Below are positions 47,380-59,828 of a stretch of 64,000 nucleotides of DNA, piece after piece. This stretch comes from Pseudomonadota bacterium. GTDB lineage: Bacteria > Pseudomonadota > Gammaproteobacteria > Steroidobacterales > Steroidobacteraceae. The position numbers and the translations under genes were made by a program. The DNA is taken from assembly GCA_023423935.1 (NCBI GenBank), contig JAFAEQ010000058.1, positions 48,943 through 112,942 of the forward strand. Direction: 5' to 3'. The number at the start of each line of letters is the position of its first letter. Within the stretch, counting starts at the first letter, position 1. The notes beneath the pieces were generated by a model. The model was not told where the DNA came from. It ran no database searches and saw only the letters and a program-made list of their open reading frames with translations.

Positions 47380-49659
47380 TCAAAACCTCATCTCCACCTC
47401 CGCCGCGTAGGTGCGTTGCGGGTAGTGGTGGAAGTTCCAGTAGTTGTCGCCGTTCAAATTGTCGGCGCTCAGTGAAAGCGTGAGCTGATCGCTGATCTCG
47501 TAGCGGACTCGGGCGTCTACAGTGAAGAAGTTGCTGACGCCGGTGTATGCGGTGCCGTTCGGATCGGAATTATCGAGCGTGTTGTACTGCTTGCCGCTGT
47601 AGCGCGCGCCGAGGGTCGTGGTCCATTTCTCACCGAGGCGATAGGTCGCGAGCAGGTTGCCGCGCCAGTCGGGTACGCGCGGCTGCCATTTGCCCTCGCT
47701 CGCGGGGAAGCTCTCGTTCGCGATGATCTCGGAGTGGGCGTACGTCAGGCTTGCGCTCAGGTCAAGCGCCGAAAGGATCTCGCGCAGCTCGTACGCCACC
47801 TCGAGTCCCTGCGTGCGGATGTGATCGACATTCTGGATGTTGGTGACGTTCGGCGTGACAGTGACGTTCGTCTGCGAGTACATCGCATCGCGCGTGTCTT
47901 CGAAGAATGCGGTCGTTCGCAGTGAGCCGCGCGCGAACGCACGTTCTGCACTGAGCTCCGCCGTCCACGAACGCTCCGGCTTCAGATTCGGATCATTGTT
48001 CACGATGGCAGCGGTCACGATCGAGCCTTGATAGAGCTCCGCCACCGTCGGCATGCGGATCGCGCGTCCTGCGGATGCCTTGAGCGTCCAGTCCGGGGTC
48101 AGCTGATAGGCAATTGCGACCTTTGGCGAAACGAAGTTCTCACGACGATCCGCAAACGTGACTATCGTCGAGGCATCCGCCAGCGAGCCACGCGAGGCTT
48201 CCCAACGCTCGAATCTAGCGCCCAGTGTTGCGCGCCAGGCCTCGGCGAGTCGCCAGGTGTCCTGGGCGTAGAGACTTTGCAGCAACGTGTCGCCGCGGAA
48301 CGCGGAGAACCGCGACTGCGGCGAGCCTCGCAGCCAGTCGTCCGTAGTGGAGACTTTAGTTCGCAACGCAAAGCTGTCGCGCTGATAACCGAACTCCACG
48401 ATGTGGGCCGCCTGGGGGCGCCAGGTCATTCTTGCCGCGAACGTGTTCCAGCCGGTTCCCGACTGGTCCGCCACGCGTCCCGCACCACCGCTCAATGCAT
48501 CCGGGAGTGCGACCGTGGGAGAGCGCACCTCGTCGCGATCGTAGTCGTAGAGACTCGCGGCGATTTCCCAATCGAGCGTGCCGCCATCGGCCTGCTTCAA
48601 GGAAAGCCCGTGAATGAAATGCTGCAGATCGCCGCGACTGGGCGCGAAATCGCTCGGGGCAAGCGAGTACACGCGACCGTCGATGTTGATCGGCCCGGAG
48701 TAAACGGCGTTACCTGACGCATCGCGCAGATATGACTGCGAGTTGCGCTCGGCTTCGTTGCGCCACCAGCCGAGCGTGTAGCTCGCTCGCAGCGTCGGGG
48801 TGAAATCGTAGGCAAGCTTTGCCTTGCCGTGATCCTGCGTCGTGTGACTCTGATTCGTCGTGCCAAGCAGCCACCAATCCTGATTGCGTGGATTGCGGCC
48901 AGCCACCGCGCCCGTCACCCGCACGCCCGCAGTCCCGACGGTTCCCGCACTCACGAGCTTGTTCGCATAGACGAGCGGCTGACTGTCGTTATCGAGCCGG
49001 TTGTAATTGACCCAGAACGACAAGGCGCCGAACCGATCGCCGATCGATGCACTGCCCTGATAGCCGCGATAAGTCTCGTGTGTGCTGTAGACATCGAATG
49101 ACTGGCCGAAGCTCGTGATGCGCGCATGTGCTTCGAAGTGCTGCGGCATGCGTGTCACATAGTCGACGACCGCACCGACCGAGTTCCCCGAATAGGCGGC
49201 GGAGAATGGACCATAGAGGACATCGACGCGCTCGATCTCCTCGGGCGTCACCATGCCCCAGCGCGGCGTGTACGTCGCGCCATTGCCGAGCAGGTTCGAC
49301 AGCAGGATGCCGTCCGCGAAGACGAGCGACCGTGCGCTGTTGCCTGTGCCCGAGGCGCGACTTGCGAGCACTGCATGATCGTAGTCGCCGATATAGCGCT
49401 TACGGACGAGCAGGCTCGGAAAATATTTGAGTGCATCCTCCGCATCCGTCGCATTTATCGCGGTGGCGATCTGATCCTGCGTGATGCCTTCGATCGTTGT
49501 GGGAATCTGGGTGGGCAGCGACGTCGGACGCGTGCCGATCACGGTCACGGTTCCCAAGGTTTTTTCTGAAGCTTCGGCGTTCTGCGCCGAAGCTAATGGC
49601 AGGGCAACGCACGCCGCGACACAGCCGGTCGCAACGCGCATGCCGAATCCAATGGACAT
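47380..49659 (-). CDS. TonB-dependent receptor
   Basis: Signal peptide, VTVIG TonB-box-like segment, IERVDVLYGP, NLKPERS, C-terminal F. Confidence 0.93.
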   Translation of the reverse strand: MSIGFGMRVATGCVAACVALPLASAQNAEASEKTLGTVTVIGTRPTSLPTQIPTTIEGITQDQIATAINATDAEDALKYFPSLLVRKRYIGDYDHAVLASRASGTGNSARSLVFADGILLSNLLGNGATYTPRWGMVTPEEIERVDVLYGPFSAAYSGNSVGAVVDYVTRMPQHFEAHARITSFGQSFDVYSTHETYRGYQGSASIGDRFGALSFWVNYNRLDNDSQPLVYANKLVSAGTVGTAGVRVTGAVAGRNPRNQDWWLLGTTNQSHTTQDHGKAKLAYDFTPTLRASYTLGWWRNEAERNSQSYLRDASGNAVYSGPINIDGRVYSLAPSDFAPSRGDLQHFIHGLSLKQADGGTLDWEIAASLYDYDRDEVRSPTVALPDALSGGAGRVADQSGTGWNTFAARMTWRPQAAHIVEFGYQRDSFALRTKVSTTDDWLRGSPQSRFSAFRGDTLLQSLYAQDTWRLAEAWRATLGARFERWEASRGSLADASTIVTFADRRENFVSPKVAIAYQLTPDWTLKASAGRAIRMPTVAELYQGSIVTAAIVNNDPNLKPERSWTAELSAERAFARGSLRTTAFFEDTRDAMYSQTNVTVTPNVTNIQNVDHIRTQGLEVAYELREILSALDLSASLTYAHSEIIANESFPASEGKWQPRVPDWRGNLLATYRLGEKWTTTLGARYSGKQYNTLDNSDPNGTAYTGVSNFFTVDARVRYEISDQLTLSLSADNLNGDNYWNFHHYPQRTYAAEVEMRF

Positions 49660-49745
49660 GTTCGAGTCTCCTGAACCGGCCGAGGCCGGCGAGCAATGAC
49701 GGCGACACCGAGAGCGACTCTCGACGTTGCAGCGTTATCTATCGA

Positions 49746-50207
49746 TCAGGAGTACTGAGGCGGCCCACGGATGGGCAGCGACTGGACCGGCGCGACACTG
49801 AGGTCGGGCGGTGTCTGGAAGGTATCGAATCGCTCGCCGACGAGCGTGGCGAGAACGACGACGTAAGTGAGATCCAGGGGCGCAGCGGACGCTACGAGCG
49901 AGAACGGACACGGCGCCTTGTCATGATCGACTTTGGGAGCGCCATCGCCCGGCGCGTGATCCATCTGCGCCGCATGCGACATTCCATGATGCATCTCATG
50001 ACCGGAATGCATCTCATGACTGGCCTGAGCGCGTGCCTGCTGAGCGCGCGCCTCCAACGACGAATCCATCTGCACGACCGTGGGACAGAACATCAGACGC
50101 AGTCCCTGCGCGTCGGACATGAACATGAATCCCACGGGCACGATGGCGCGCGCTACGAGCAGCGGCAGCATCCACAGTGTCAGCAATTGCAGGATTCGGC
50201 GGTTCAT
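49746..50207 (-). CDS. DUF2946-like His/Met-rich protein
   Basis: N-terminal TM, FCP, His/Met tract, CPF, C-terminal RGPP; directly upstream of the TonB receptor. Confidence 0.75.
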   Translation of the reverse strand: MNRRILQLLTLWMLPLLVARAIVPVGFMFMSDAQGLRLMFCPTVVQMDSSLEARAQQARAQASHEMHSGHEMHHGMSHAAQMDHAPGDGAPKVDHDKAPCPFSLVASAAPLDLTYVVVLATLVGERFDTFQTPPDLSVAPVQSLPIRGPPQYS

Positions 50208-50309
50208 GACGGTCTGGCGCGCGCAGTATAGGTTCACTAATTCCCGACACGCCACCAAAGTTGCGGGGGACCCATTCCGGGCGGCCCTGTCGAGAAGCCC
50301 GCCTCGCAG

Positions 50310-51002
50310 CTACGACTCGAGCGCCGATAATCGATAACCGATGCCAGGCTCGTTGATGATGTACTTCGGCACGCCCTGCGTATCGCCCAGCTTTTCACGC
50401 AGCTGGCCGATGTAGACGCGCAGATACTGCACGTCGTTGCGATGCGTCGCACCCCAGACCTGTTCGAGCAGCATGCGATGAGTGCACACGCGTCCGGCCG
50501 AACGTGCGAGGACGACCAGCAACTCGAATTCTTTGGGCGACAACCTGATCTCGCGATTCTCGAGCGTGACGGTGTGCGCAGGCACGTCGATCCGCAACGG
50601 TCCCACTTGAATGACGGGCAGTGTGTTCGTGCCGTTGTGTGCTCGCAGCGATGCCCGGATACGGGCGAGCAGTTCGGCTGCGCTGAAAGGTTTCTGCACA
50701 TAGTCGTTCGCGCCAGCGTCGAGCGCTTCGACCTTGTCCGAGTCCTCGGAACGCACCGACAGCACGATGATCGGCAGCTGCGTCCAGACTCTCACGGCCT
50801 TGATCACCTCGATGCCCGAGATATCGGGAAGCCCGAGATCGAGGAGCATCAGATCAGGATGCTTGCCTGTGCACAGCTCGATGGCTTCGCGACCGCACGA
50901 GGCTTCGATGCTCTCGTAACCCGCCGCCTTCAACGTGATGCGCAGAAACAGGCGGATCTGTTCTTCATCGTCGACGACGAGAATGCGCGGGCGGGCATGC
51001 AT
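50310..51002 (-). CDS. kdpE: KDP response regulator
   Basis: ILVVDDE, LDLGLPD, YLRVYIGQLREKL, EPGIGYR. Confidence 0.93.
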   Translation of the reverse strand: MHARPRILVVDDEEQIRLFLRITLKAAGYESIEASCGREAIELCTGKHPDLMLLDLGLPDISGIEVIKAVRVWTQLPIIVLSVRSEDSDKVEALDAGANDYVQKPFSAAELLARIRASLRAHNGTNTLPVIQVGPLRIDVPAHTVTLENREIRLSPKEFELLVVLARSAGRVCTHRMLLEQVWGATHRNDVQYLRVYIGQLREKLGDTQGVPKYIINEPGIGYRLSALES

Positions 51003-51039
51003 GGTTCGATTGTGAGGGTTGGCGCGCAGACTTGCAGCT

Positions 51040-53709
51040 TCAGTCGGCAGCCACCGTGGGCAAGCGCAGCTCGATACGGCTACCCACACCTTCAGGCCCG
51101 GAGCCTGCTTCGATGGTGCCGCCCATGGCTTCGACGAACCCCTTGCAGATGGCCAGCCCTACCCCGCTGCCCACCACCGAGTCGCGCTGCTCAGCGCGAT
51201 AGAAAAGATCGAACACGCGTTGTCGATCCTGCTCCGGAATGCCCGGACCGCGATCGATGACGGCGGCCGTCACCTGCTCCAGGTGGGCACGCGCGCTGAC
51301 GAGAATCTCTGTCCCGGGCGGCGCATATTTCGCCGCGTTCTCGAGGAGATTCGAGAACACCTGTCCAAGCAGCGTCGCATCCGCGCGCACGCTGGGCAGA
51401 TCGGCCGGCATGTCCAGTCTGACGCTGTGGCGCTCGAGCACTGCACCCAACCGAGTGATGGCATCGCTCACGACATCGCGCAACTCCACGGAGGTGAGTC
51501 GCAACGAAAGCGCGCCATGCGAAAGCCGGGTCATATCGAGCAGATTCTGGATCAGTCGGTTGAGACGCTCGGCCTCGCGTACCGCGCTTTCGATCAGGCG
51601 CGCACGATCGGCCTCAGGAATCTGCGGAGTCAGATCGCGCAGCGCGGTCATCGCTCCCGTAATCGACACCAGCGGCGTGCGCAGATCGTGAGACACGGCA
51701 GCCAGCAGCGCCGTACGCAGCGAATCCCTCGCCTGCTTCAACTGGGCGTCCTGCATGACTTGACGCAATCGCAAACGCTCCCAGGCGGCCCCGAGCTGCG
51801 TCTGCAGGCTGAAGAGCAACCGATTCTGTTCCGCGTCGATCGCGTCGGACGTCAGAGGCAGATTGATACCGATCACTCCAAGCGGCTGCCCCGACGCATT
51901 GACGGGCAGGAAATACCAACCGGACGCGGGAAGTGTGCCCGTCCCTCTTCCCGCAGCTTCGCGATGTTCGAGCGCCCAGTGAGCCGCCGCCTGGTCGGTA
52001 TCACGAAACCCGCCTGCGCGAATGAGTTCTTCGGGCGGTTCGACTCCTCGTGGCGCCGTCGCCCGCAGCACGATGCAGCGGTGAGAGGTCAGATCGCTGA
52101 TCCCTTGCGATGCGGCATTGATGAGATCGAGTTCGTCCACCGCCGTTGCCAGACGTCGCGAGAAATCGAAGAGCGTCTCGACACGGCGCGTGGCACTCCA
52201 CGCATCGCTCGCCTGCCGACGCAGCCGAGATGCGAGCTGGCCCACGACGAAAGAAACAGCGAGGAATACCGCGAGCGTTGCGACGTCGCTCGAATCGTAC
52301 ACGGTGAGCGAATAGCGCGGCTCCGTGAACAGGTAGTTATAGGCGAGGAAACCCAGCACGCTGGTGGCTAGCGAAGCCGCCAGGCCGCGCGTCGCCGCCG
52401 CGAAGATGACGCCCATCAGAAAGATCAGCGCGAGATTGGGCACGCCGACGTAGGGCTCGAGCGGCAAACCCAGCGCACCCGCGCCCACGGCGCAGACGAA
52501 AGCGACGATGACGTCACGCGGCATCAGCCATCTGCGCGGCGAGACCGACCCCAAGGCGAAGCGCTTCGCCGTCTGTTCGCTCGTCCCCACGACGGTAATC
52601 TCGAAATCCGCTGCGTGCTCCAGCAGCCAGCGAGCGAGCCGCGGCCGATGCCACAAATGTCCGGACTGACGCGAGCGTCCGATCACGATCTGTGCGGCAT
52701 TGTGGGTGCGCGCGTAATCGAGAATGGCTTCGCCCACCCCGTCAGCCGTGAGAATCGCAGTATCTGCGCCCAGCTGCGAGGCGAGTGCGAGATTGGCGTT
52801 GAGCTGCTCACGGTGTGCGAGCTCGCCGGCGTTACCCAGGGTCTGCACATAAATCGCGGTCCAGGGCAGATGACGCTGGTCCGCCAGACGCTTCGCGCTT
52901 CGGATCAGGTCTTCGCTGGCCTGCGTCGCATCGACCGATACGATCAACCGACCGCGTGCTGGCCACGGCCCCGCGATCGCATGCGCGCGCATGAAGCTCT
53001 CGATGTTGTCATCGACATGCTCGGCGGCCGCGCGCAAAGCCAGCTCGCGCAGGGCCAGCAGATTGCCGCGAGAGAAATAGTTGTCCAGCGCGCGCCTTGC
53101 CGCTTCGGGCACATAGACCTTGCCCTGACGCAGCCGCTCGATCAGATCGTCCGGCGGCAGATCGATCAGCTCGACATCGTGCGCCTGCTCGATGATTCCA
53201 TCGGGCACCGTTTCGCGAATTTCGACGCCCGTGATACGTCCGACGAGATCGTTGAAGCTTTCGAGGTGCTGAACGTTCAACGTCGTGTAGACATCGATGC
53301 CCGCGCTGAGCAGCTCTTGCACGTCCTGATAGCGCTTCGCGTGCCGTGAGCCCGGTACGTTGGTATGCGCGAGCTCATCGACCAGTGCCAATCGCGGCTT
53401 GCGTGCGAGCAACGCGTCGAGATCAAGCTCCTCGAGTGTGCGGTCGCGATAGGCGATGCGTTTGCGCGGCAGCTGCGGCAGTCCCTGCAGCAAGATTTCG
53501 GTTTCCTGACGGCCGTGCGTTTCGACGATGCCGACCACGACGTCGACGCCTTCGGCGAGCTTGCGCCGCGCCACGCTCAGCATCTCGAACGTCTTCCCCA
53601 CGCCCGGCGCGGCACCCAGAAAGATCTTGAGCCGACCGCGCTCCTGGCGTTGCGCTTCGACGAGCAGCGCCTCAGGCGAAGGACGAACCATCGGGTCGCT
53701 CGATGACAT
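51040..53709 (-). CDS. kdpD: K+ sensor histidine kinase
   Basis: GAAPGVGKT, VDELAHTN, USP-like domain, 4 TM, SHDLRTP. Confidence 0.96.
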   Translation of the reverse strand: MSSSDPMVRPSPEALLVEAQRQERGRLKIFLGAAPGVGKTFEMLSVARRKLAEGVDVVVGIVETHGRQETEILLQGLPQLPRKRIAYRDRTLEELDLDALLARKPRLALVDELAHTNVPGSRHAKRYQDVQELLSAGIDVYTTLNVQHLESFNDLVGRITGVEIRETVPDGIIEQAHDVELIDLPPDDLIERLRQGKVYVPEAARRALDNYFSRGNLLALRELALRAAAEHVDDNIESFMRAHAIAGPWPARGRLIVSVDATQASEDLIRSAKRLADQRHLPWTAIYVQTLGNAGELAHREQLNANLALASQLGADTAILTADGVGEAILDYARTHNAAQIVIGRSRQSGHLWHRPRLARWLLEHAADFEITVVGTSEQTAKRFALGSVSPRRWLMPRDVIVAFVCAVGAGALGLPLEPYVGVPNLALIFLMGVIFAAATRGLAASLATSVLGFLAYNYLFTEPRYSLTVYDSSDVATLAVFLAVSFVVGQLASRLRRQASDAWSATRRVETLFDFSRRLATAVDELDLINAASQGISDLTSHRCIVLRATAPRGVEPPEELIRAGGFRDTDQAAAHWALEHREAAGRGTGTLPASGWYFLPVNASGQPLGVIGINLPLTSDAIDAEQNRLLFSLQTQLGAAWERLRLRQVMQDAQLKQARDSLRTALLAAVSHDLRTPLVSITGAMTALRDLTPQIPEADRARLIESAVREAERLNRLIQNLLDMTRLSHGALSLRLTSVELRDVVSDAITRLGAVLERHSVRLDMPADLPSVRADATLLGQVFSNLLENAAKYAPPGTEILVSARAHLEQVTAAVIDRGPGIPEQDRQRVFDLFYRAEQRDSVVGSGVGLAICKGFVEAMGGTIEAGSGPEGVGSRIELRLPTVAAD

Positions 53710-53760
53710 GACGGGATTATCGACCGCCTCCGCAAGTCGGCCTAGGGCCTCAATAGCTCA

Positions 53761-54363
53761 TCAAAGCTCATGAGATCGAGCAGAGCCTAACCCCCGCAGA
53801 TCATCGAGTGCCAGATTCAGCTCCAGGACGTTCACCGTGGGCTCACCAAACAGACCCAGCACCCGTCCCTTGCTGTGCTTTGCTACCAGCGCGCGCACCG
53901 TCTCTTCCGGCAGGCCACGCGCTCGTGCCACTCGAGCCACCTGGTACTCCGCTGCAGCGATGCTGATATGCGGGTCGAGCCCGCTCGCGGAGGCTGTGAC
54001 CAGATCCACCGGTATCGGACGGCTGTTGTGTGGATCGGCCTCGCGCAACGCCTGGACGCGGCTCTTCACTGCATCGATCAGCGCCGGATTGAGCGGGCCC
54101 TGATTACTGCCACCCGACGCGGTTGCGTTGTAGGGACCCGTACTGGTAGCGGAAGGTCGCCCCCAGAAATACTTGGGTTCGGTGAACGACTGTCCGATCA
54201 GCGTCGAGCCCACGACGCGACCGCCGCGCTCGATCAGACTTCCGGCCGATTGCCGCGGAAAGATCGCCTCGGCCAGGCCCGTGACTACGAACGGATAGGC
54301 GAATCCCGTGAATACGCTCAAGACGGCGAAGATCACGAGTGCGGGTCTCACTTGCGAAATCAT
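53761..54363 (-). CDS. kdpC: K+-transporting ATPase subunit C
   Basis: [38 protein letters not shown]. Confidence 0.96.
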   Translation of the reverse strand: MISQVRPALVIFAVLSVFTGFAYPFVVTGLAEAIFPRQSAGSLIERGGRVVGSTLIGQSFTEPKYFWGRPSATSTGPYNATASGGSNQGPLNPALIDAVKSRVQALREADPHNSRPIPVDLVTASASGLDPHISIAAAEYQVARVARARGLPEETVRALVAKHSKGRVLGLFGEPTVNVLELNLALDDLRGLGSARSHEL

Positions 54364-54374
54364 GGGCTCTCCTG

Positions 54375-56432
<2,058 letters not shown>

Positions 56433-56454
56433 GGCGTCGCTCGAAGATGAGATT

Positions 56455-56535
56455 TCCACGGGGAACACAGGGGCCCACGGGGTGAGAAATATCTGATCTG
56501 CGCTCCTGCCCGGTGAACCCCGTGCTCCCCGTGGA
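56455..56535. repeat. Inverted 9-mer arrays (CACGGGG / CCCCGTG) between kdpA and kdpB
   Basis: TCCACGGGG AACACAGGG GCCCACGGGG versus CCCGGTGAA CCCCGTGCT CCCCGTGGA. Confidence 0.7.
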
Positions 56536-56548
56536 GATGCATTGCGTC

Positions 56549-58279
56549 TTAATTCATCAGCATCAGATGCTCGACGATTGGACCCAGCGCGAGCGCGGGG
56601 ACGTAGGTGAGTGCGCCAATCAGCAGCACCGCGCCGACGAGCAGGACGACGAAGAGCGGGCCGTGCGTCGGCATCGTGCCGGCGGTTGCGGGGGCGCGCT
56701 TCTTGGCGGCCAGCGAACCGGCGATCGCGAGCACGGGCACGAGGACCCAGAAGCGTCCCAGCCACATCGCGATGCCGAGCGCGGTGTTGTAGAACGGCGT
56801 GTTCGCGGAGAGCCCGGCGAAGGCGCTGCCGTTGTTGTTGCCGGCGGAACTGAATGCGTAAAGGATCTCGGAGTAGCCGTGCGGGCCTGGATTGGCCACG
56901 CCCGCCTTGCCTGCAGTGACGCTCACGGCGATGGCCGTGCCGAGCAGCACCACGAACGGCGTTGCCAGAATGGCGATCGACGTCATCTTCATTTCGAACG
57001 CTTCGATCTTCTTGCCCAGGTATTCCGGCGTACGGCCGATCATGAGCCCGGCGATGAATACGCCGAGCAGCGCATAGACGAGCATGCCCGTGAGGCCCGT
57101 GCCCACTCCACCAAAGGCGACCTCGCCGAGCTGCATCAGGAACATCGGCACGAAACCGCCAAGAGGCGTCATGGAATCGTGCATGGAATTGACTGCGCCG
57201 GTCGACGTCGCCGTCGTCACGGCAGCAAACAGTGCTGACGCACCGATGCCGAAACGCGACTCCTTGCCCTCCATGTTTCCACCAGGCTGCGACTGCGTAT
57301 GCGACGCATCGACACCGAACTGTGCAAGCAACGGATTGCCCTGCTGTTCGCTTTGCACCGCCAACAGCCATAACGCAACGAACAGCACCGTCATCCCCGC
57401 GAGCACGGCCCATCCCTGCCGCGCATCTCCCACCATGCGGCCGAACGTGAAGGTGAGCGCAATCGGGATCAACAGAATCGCGAACAGCTCGATGAAGTTG
57501 GTGAAACTATTCGGGTTCTCGTAAGGATGAGCGGAGTTCGCGTTGAAAAAGCCGCCGCCGTTCGTGCCGAGTTCTTTGATCGCTTCCTGCGAGGCAACCG
57601 GCCCCATCGGCAACGTCTGCGTGTGACTGTCCGCAAGCTGCGGTGCGATCGCGGTCACGTCCTTGTAGGCGTCGAAGTTCTGAATGACACCTTGAGACAC
57701 GAGCAGCAGCGACACCACCGCCGCCAGCGGCAGCAATATGTAGAGCGTGATGCGAGTGAGATCGACCCACACATTGCCGACGGTACGCACCGAATGGCGT
57801 GCGAGCCCGCGAATCAGCACGATGGCAACGGCGATCCCGCTCGCGGCCGAGACGAAGTTCTGGACGGCGAGGCCTGCCATCTGCGTCAGATAGCTCACCG
57901 TGCTCTCGCCCGCATAGCCCTGCCAGTTGGTGTTCGACACGAAACTGACCGCCGTATTGAACGACGAGTCCGGGCTGACATTGGCGAAGTGCTGCGGATT
58001 CAACGGCAGCCAGGACTGCAAACGCTGCAACGCATAGACGACGAGCGTTCCGACGAGACTGAAGAGCAGAAGGCCGATTGTGTATTCCTTCCAGCCCGTC
58101 TCGCGCGTGTCATCGGCGCGGGCGATTCGATAGATGAAAGCTTCGACATTGCGTCCGACACGGGAGCCGAACACAGGCTTGCCTTCGACCAGATCCGCAA
58201 TGTAGTGCCCGAGTGGGCGACCACACAGAACCGCCGCCAGCAGCAGCAGGCCTCCAGGCATGAGTGATGCGATCGTCAT
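56549..58279 (-). CDS. kdpA: K+-transporting ATPase subunit A
   Basis: [33 protein letters not shown]. Confidence 0.97.
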   Translation of the reverse strand: MTIASLMPGGLLLLAAVLCGRPLGHYIADLVEGKPVFGSRVGRNVEAFIYRIARADDTRETGWKEYTIGLLLFSLVGTLVVYALQRLQSWLPLNPQHFANVSPDSSFNTAVSFVSNTNWQGYAGESTVSYLTQMAGLAVQNFVSAASGIAVAIVLIRGLARHSVRTVGNVWVDLTRITLYILLPLAAVVSLLLVSQGVIQNFDAYKDVTAIAPQLADSHTQTLPMGPVASQEAIKELGTNGGGFFNANSAHPYENPNSFTNFIELFAILLIPIALTFTFGRMVGDARQGWAVLAGMTVLFVALWLLAVQSEQQGNPLLAQFGVDASHTQSQPGGNMEGKESRFGIGASALFAAVTTATSTGAVNSMHDSMTPLGGFVPMFLMQLGEVAFGGVGTGLTGMLVYALLGVFIAGLMIGRTPEYLGKKIEAFEMKMTSIAILATPFVVLLGTAIAVSVTAGKAGVANPGPHGYSEILYAFSSAGNNNGSAFAGLSANTPFYNTALGIAMWLGRFWVLVPVLAIAGSLAAKKRAPATAGTMPTHGPLFVVLLVGAVLLIGALTYVPALALGPIVEHLMLMN

Positions 58280-58291
58280 GACAGCCTCGGA

Positions 58292-58378
58292 TCAGAACTT
58301 CTCTGCGTTGATCAACGCGTAGATGAGATACGCCGCAAGTGCGACGGCCACCCATGCAGCAAAGATCACGAACATCAT
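58292..58378 (-). CDS. kdpF: K+-transporting ATPase subunit F
   Basis: MMFVIFAAWVAVALAAYLIYALINAEKF, typical YLxYAL..xE.F end. Confidence 0.88.
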   Translation of the reverse strand: MMFVIFAAWVAVALAAYLIYALINAEKF

Positions 58379-58470
58379 TCGATTCTCCCGAGTCGGGCCA
58401 GCGCGACGACCAGCCCATGGGTCGAGGCGTAGAGCACGACGATCAGTGCGATGAACAGCAGATCCTGCAT
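58375..58470 (-). CDS. Small membrane protein upstream of kdpF (31 aa)
   Basis: MQDLLFIALIVVLYASTHGLVVALARLGRIE; AGAGGG RBS; ATGA overlap with kdpF. Confidence 0.7.
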   Translation of the reverse strand: MQDLLFIALIVVLYASTHGLVVALARLGRIE

Positions 58471-58542
58471 AGAGCCCTCTTTGCGATGGCGACATCGTAG
58501 ACAGACGGGTCATCAAGAGTCCGTACGAAGATGACATGGCGC

Positions 58543-58561
58543 GCATAAAGAAGGCGTAAAG
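58543..58561 (-). promoter_or_regulatory. Putative KdpE binding site
   Basis: CTTTA-N6-CTTTA direct repeat with 11-bp period, similar to the E. coli TTTATACTTTTTTTACA site. Confidence 0.55.
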
Positions 58562-58648
58562 AGCGGCGTTTCGAATGAAACCGATAGCGATGACCGCGAA
58601 CAGCGCGAGCATCCCGCGTTAGACTCCCTCCATCGGGGGAGACATTTC

Positions 58649-59629
58649 ATGCTGATCACGTGTGTGGCTTATCGGGACGGTGCGAAGCTCGCCGACTTCG
58701 ACGTCCGCGACATTCATCAGTATCTCGGCCAGCCCGGCGTCTTCGTCTGGGTGGCTTTGCGCGACCCGGAGCCCGCGGAGATCGCGCAGATGCAGGATCA
58801 GCTCGAGCTGCACCCCCTCGCCGTGGAGGATGCGCAGAAAGGTCATCAGCGACCCAAGATCGACGAGTACGGCGATTGCCTGTTCGTCGTGCTGCACATG
58901 ATCGAGGAGGATGGCGAGGCAGGATCGCCGGGCGAGCTGCACGTCGGCGAGGTCGGCATCTTCGCCGGTCCGAACTACGTACTTTCAGTACGCACGAGCG
59001 CAAACCGCGGCTTCCAGGAAGTGCGCGCACGGGCGGAGCGTGAACCGGACCTGCTTCGACATGGCTCGGGCTATGTGCTCTATGCACTGATGGACGCGGT
59101 TGTCGATCGCTACTTCCCGGTGCTCGAGCATCTCGAAGATCAGCTCGAGGTGCTCGAGGAGCGCATCTTCGCGAACACCTCGCCGCGCAAGAACATCGAG
59201 GAGCTCTATGCACTCAAGCAGCGGCTGATGGTCGTCAAGCACGCGATCAATCCCCTGCTCGAAGCCGTCGGAAATCTCTCGGGTCGCCACGTCCCGATCA
59301 TCTGTGCGGGCATGCAGGACTATTTCCGCGACATCGCCGACCATCTGATCCGTCTGAACCAGACCATCGAATCGGTACGCGACACGGTCGCAAGCGCGAC
59401 TGCCGTGAATCTGTCGATGATCACGCTGCAGGAAAGCGAAGTGATGAAACGCCTTGCCGCTTACGCCGCGCTGGTCGCCGTCCCCACCCTTATCGCCGGC
59501 ATCTACGGCATGAACTTCGACTTCATGCCCGAACTACGCTGGCGTCACGGTTACTGGATCACGCTAGGCCTCATGATCGCCATCGACGGCTATCTGTTCT
59601 GGAAATTCCGCAAAGCGAAGTGGCTTTAG
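58649..59629 (+). CDS. corA: Mg/Co transporter CorA
   Basis: LHPLAVED, QRPK, GIYGMNF..MPEL. Confidence 0.94.
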   Translation: MLITCVAYRDGAKLADFDVRDIHQYLGQPGVFVWVALRDPEPAEIAQMQDQLELHPLAVEDAQKGHQRPKIDEYGDCLFVVLHMIEEDGEAGSPGELHVGEVGIFAGPNYVLSVRTSANRGFQEVRARAEREPDLLRHGSGYVLYALMDAVVDRYFPVLEHLEDQLEVLEERIFANTSPRKNIEELYALKQRLMVVKHAINPLLEAVGNLSGRHVPIICAGMQDYFRDIADHLIRLNQTIESVRDTVASATAVNLSMITLQESEVMKRLAAYAALVAVPTLIAGIYGMNFDFMPELRWRHGYWITLGLMIAIDGYLFWKFRKAKWL

Positions 59630-59642
59630 GAAAGAGCTAAGA

Positions 59643-59812
59643 GGCCGCAAAGACCGCAAAAAGGAAATGCGCATAGAGCGCACAAGGCATTTAGCGCCTG
59701 CAGCCTCAACAGGCGCCGTTGTTGATTGCCACCCGCCCACTTGGTCCCTCGAACTTCTTCCCTTCTTTGCGGTTGATCCTTCTTCTATTTCTTTTATGCG
59801 GTCTTTGCGGCC
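59643..59812. repeat. Inverted repeat with 9-mer period (CCGCAAAGA)
   Basis: GGCCGCAAAGACCGC 59643-59657 versus GCGGTCTTTGCGGCC 59798-59812. Confidence 0.7.
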
Positions 59813-59828
59813 ATCTGCTCTCGATTCT

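Noticed and set aside
49990..50020. 18-nt spaced repeat TGCATCTCATGAC as an independent element
   Set aside because: Explained by the repeated HEMH peptide in the DUF2946-like protein.
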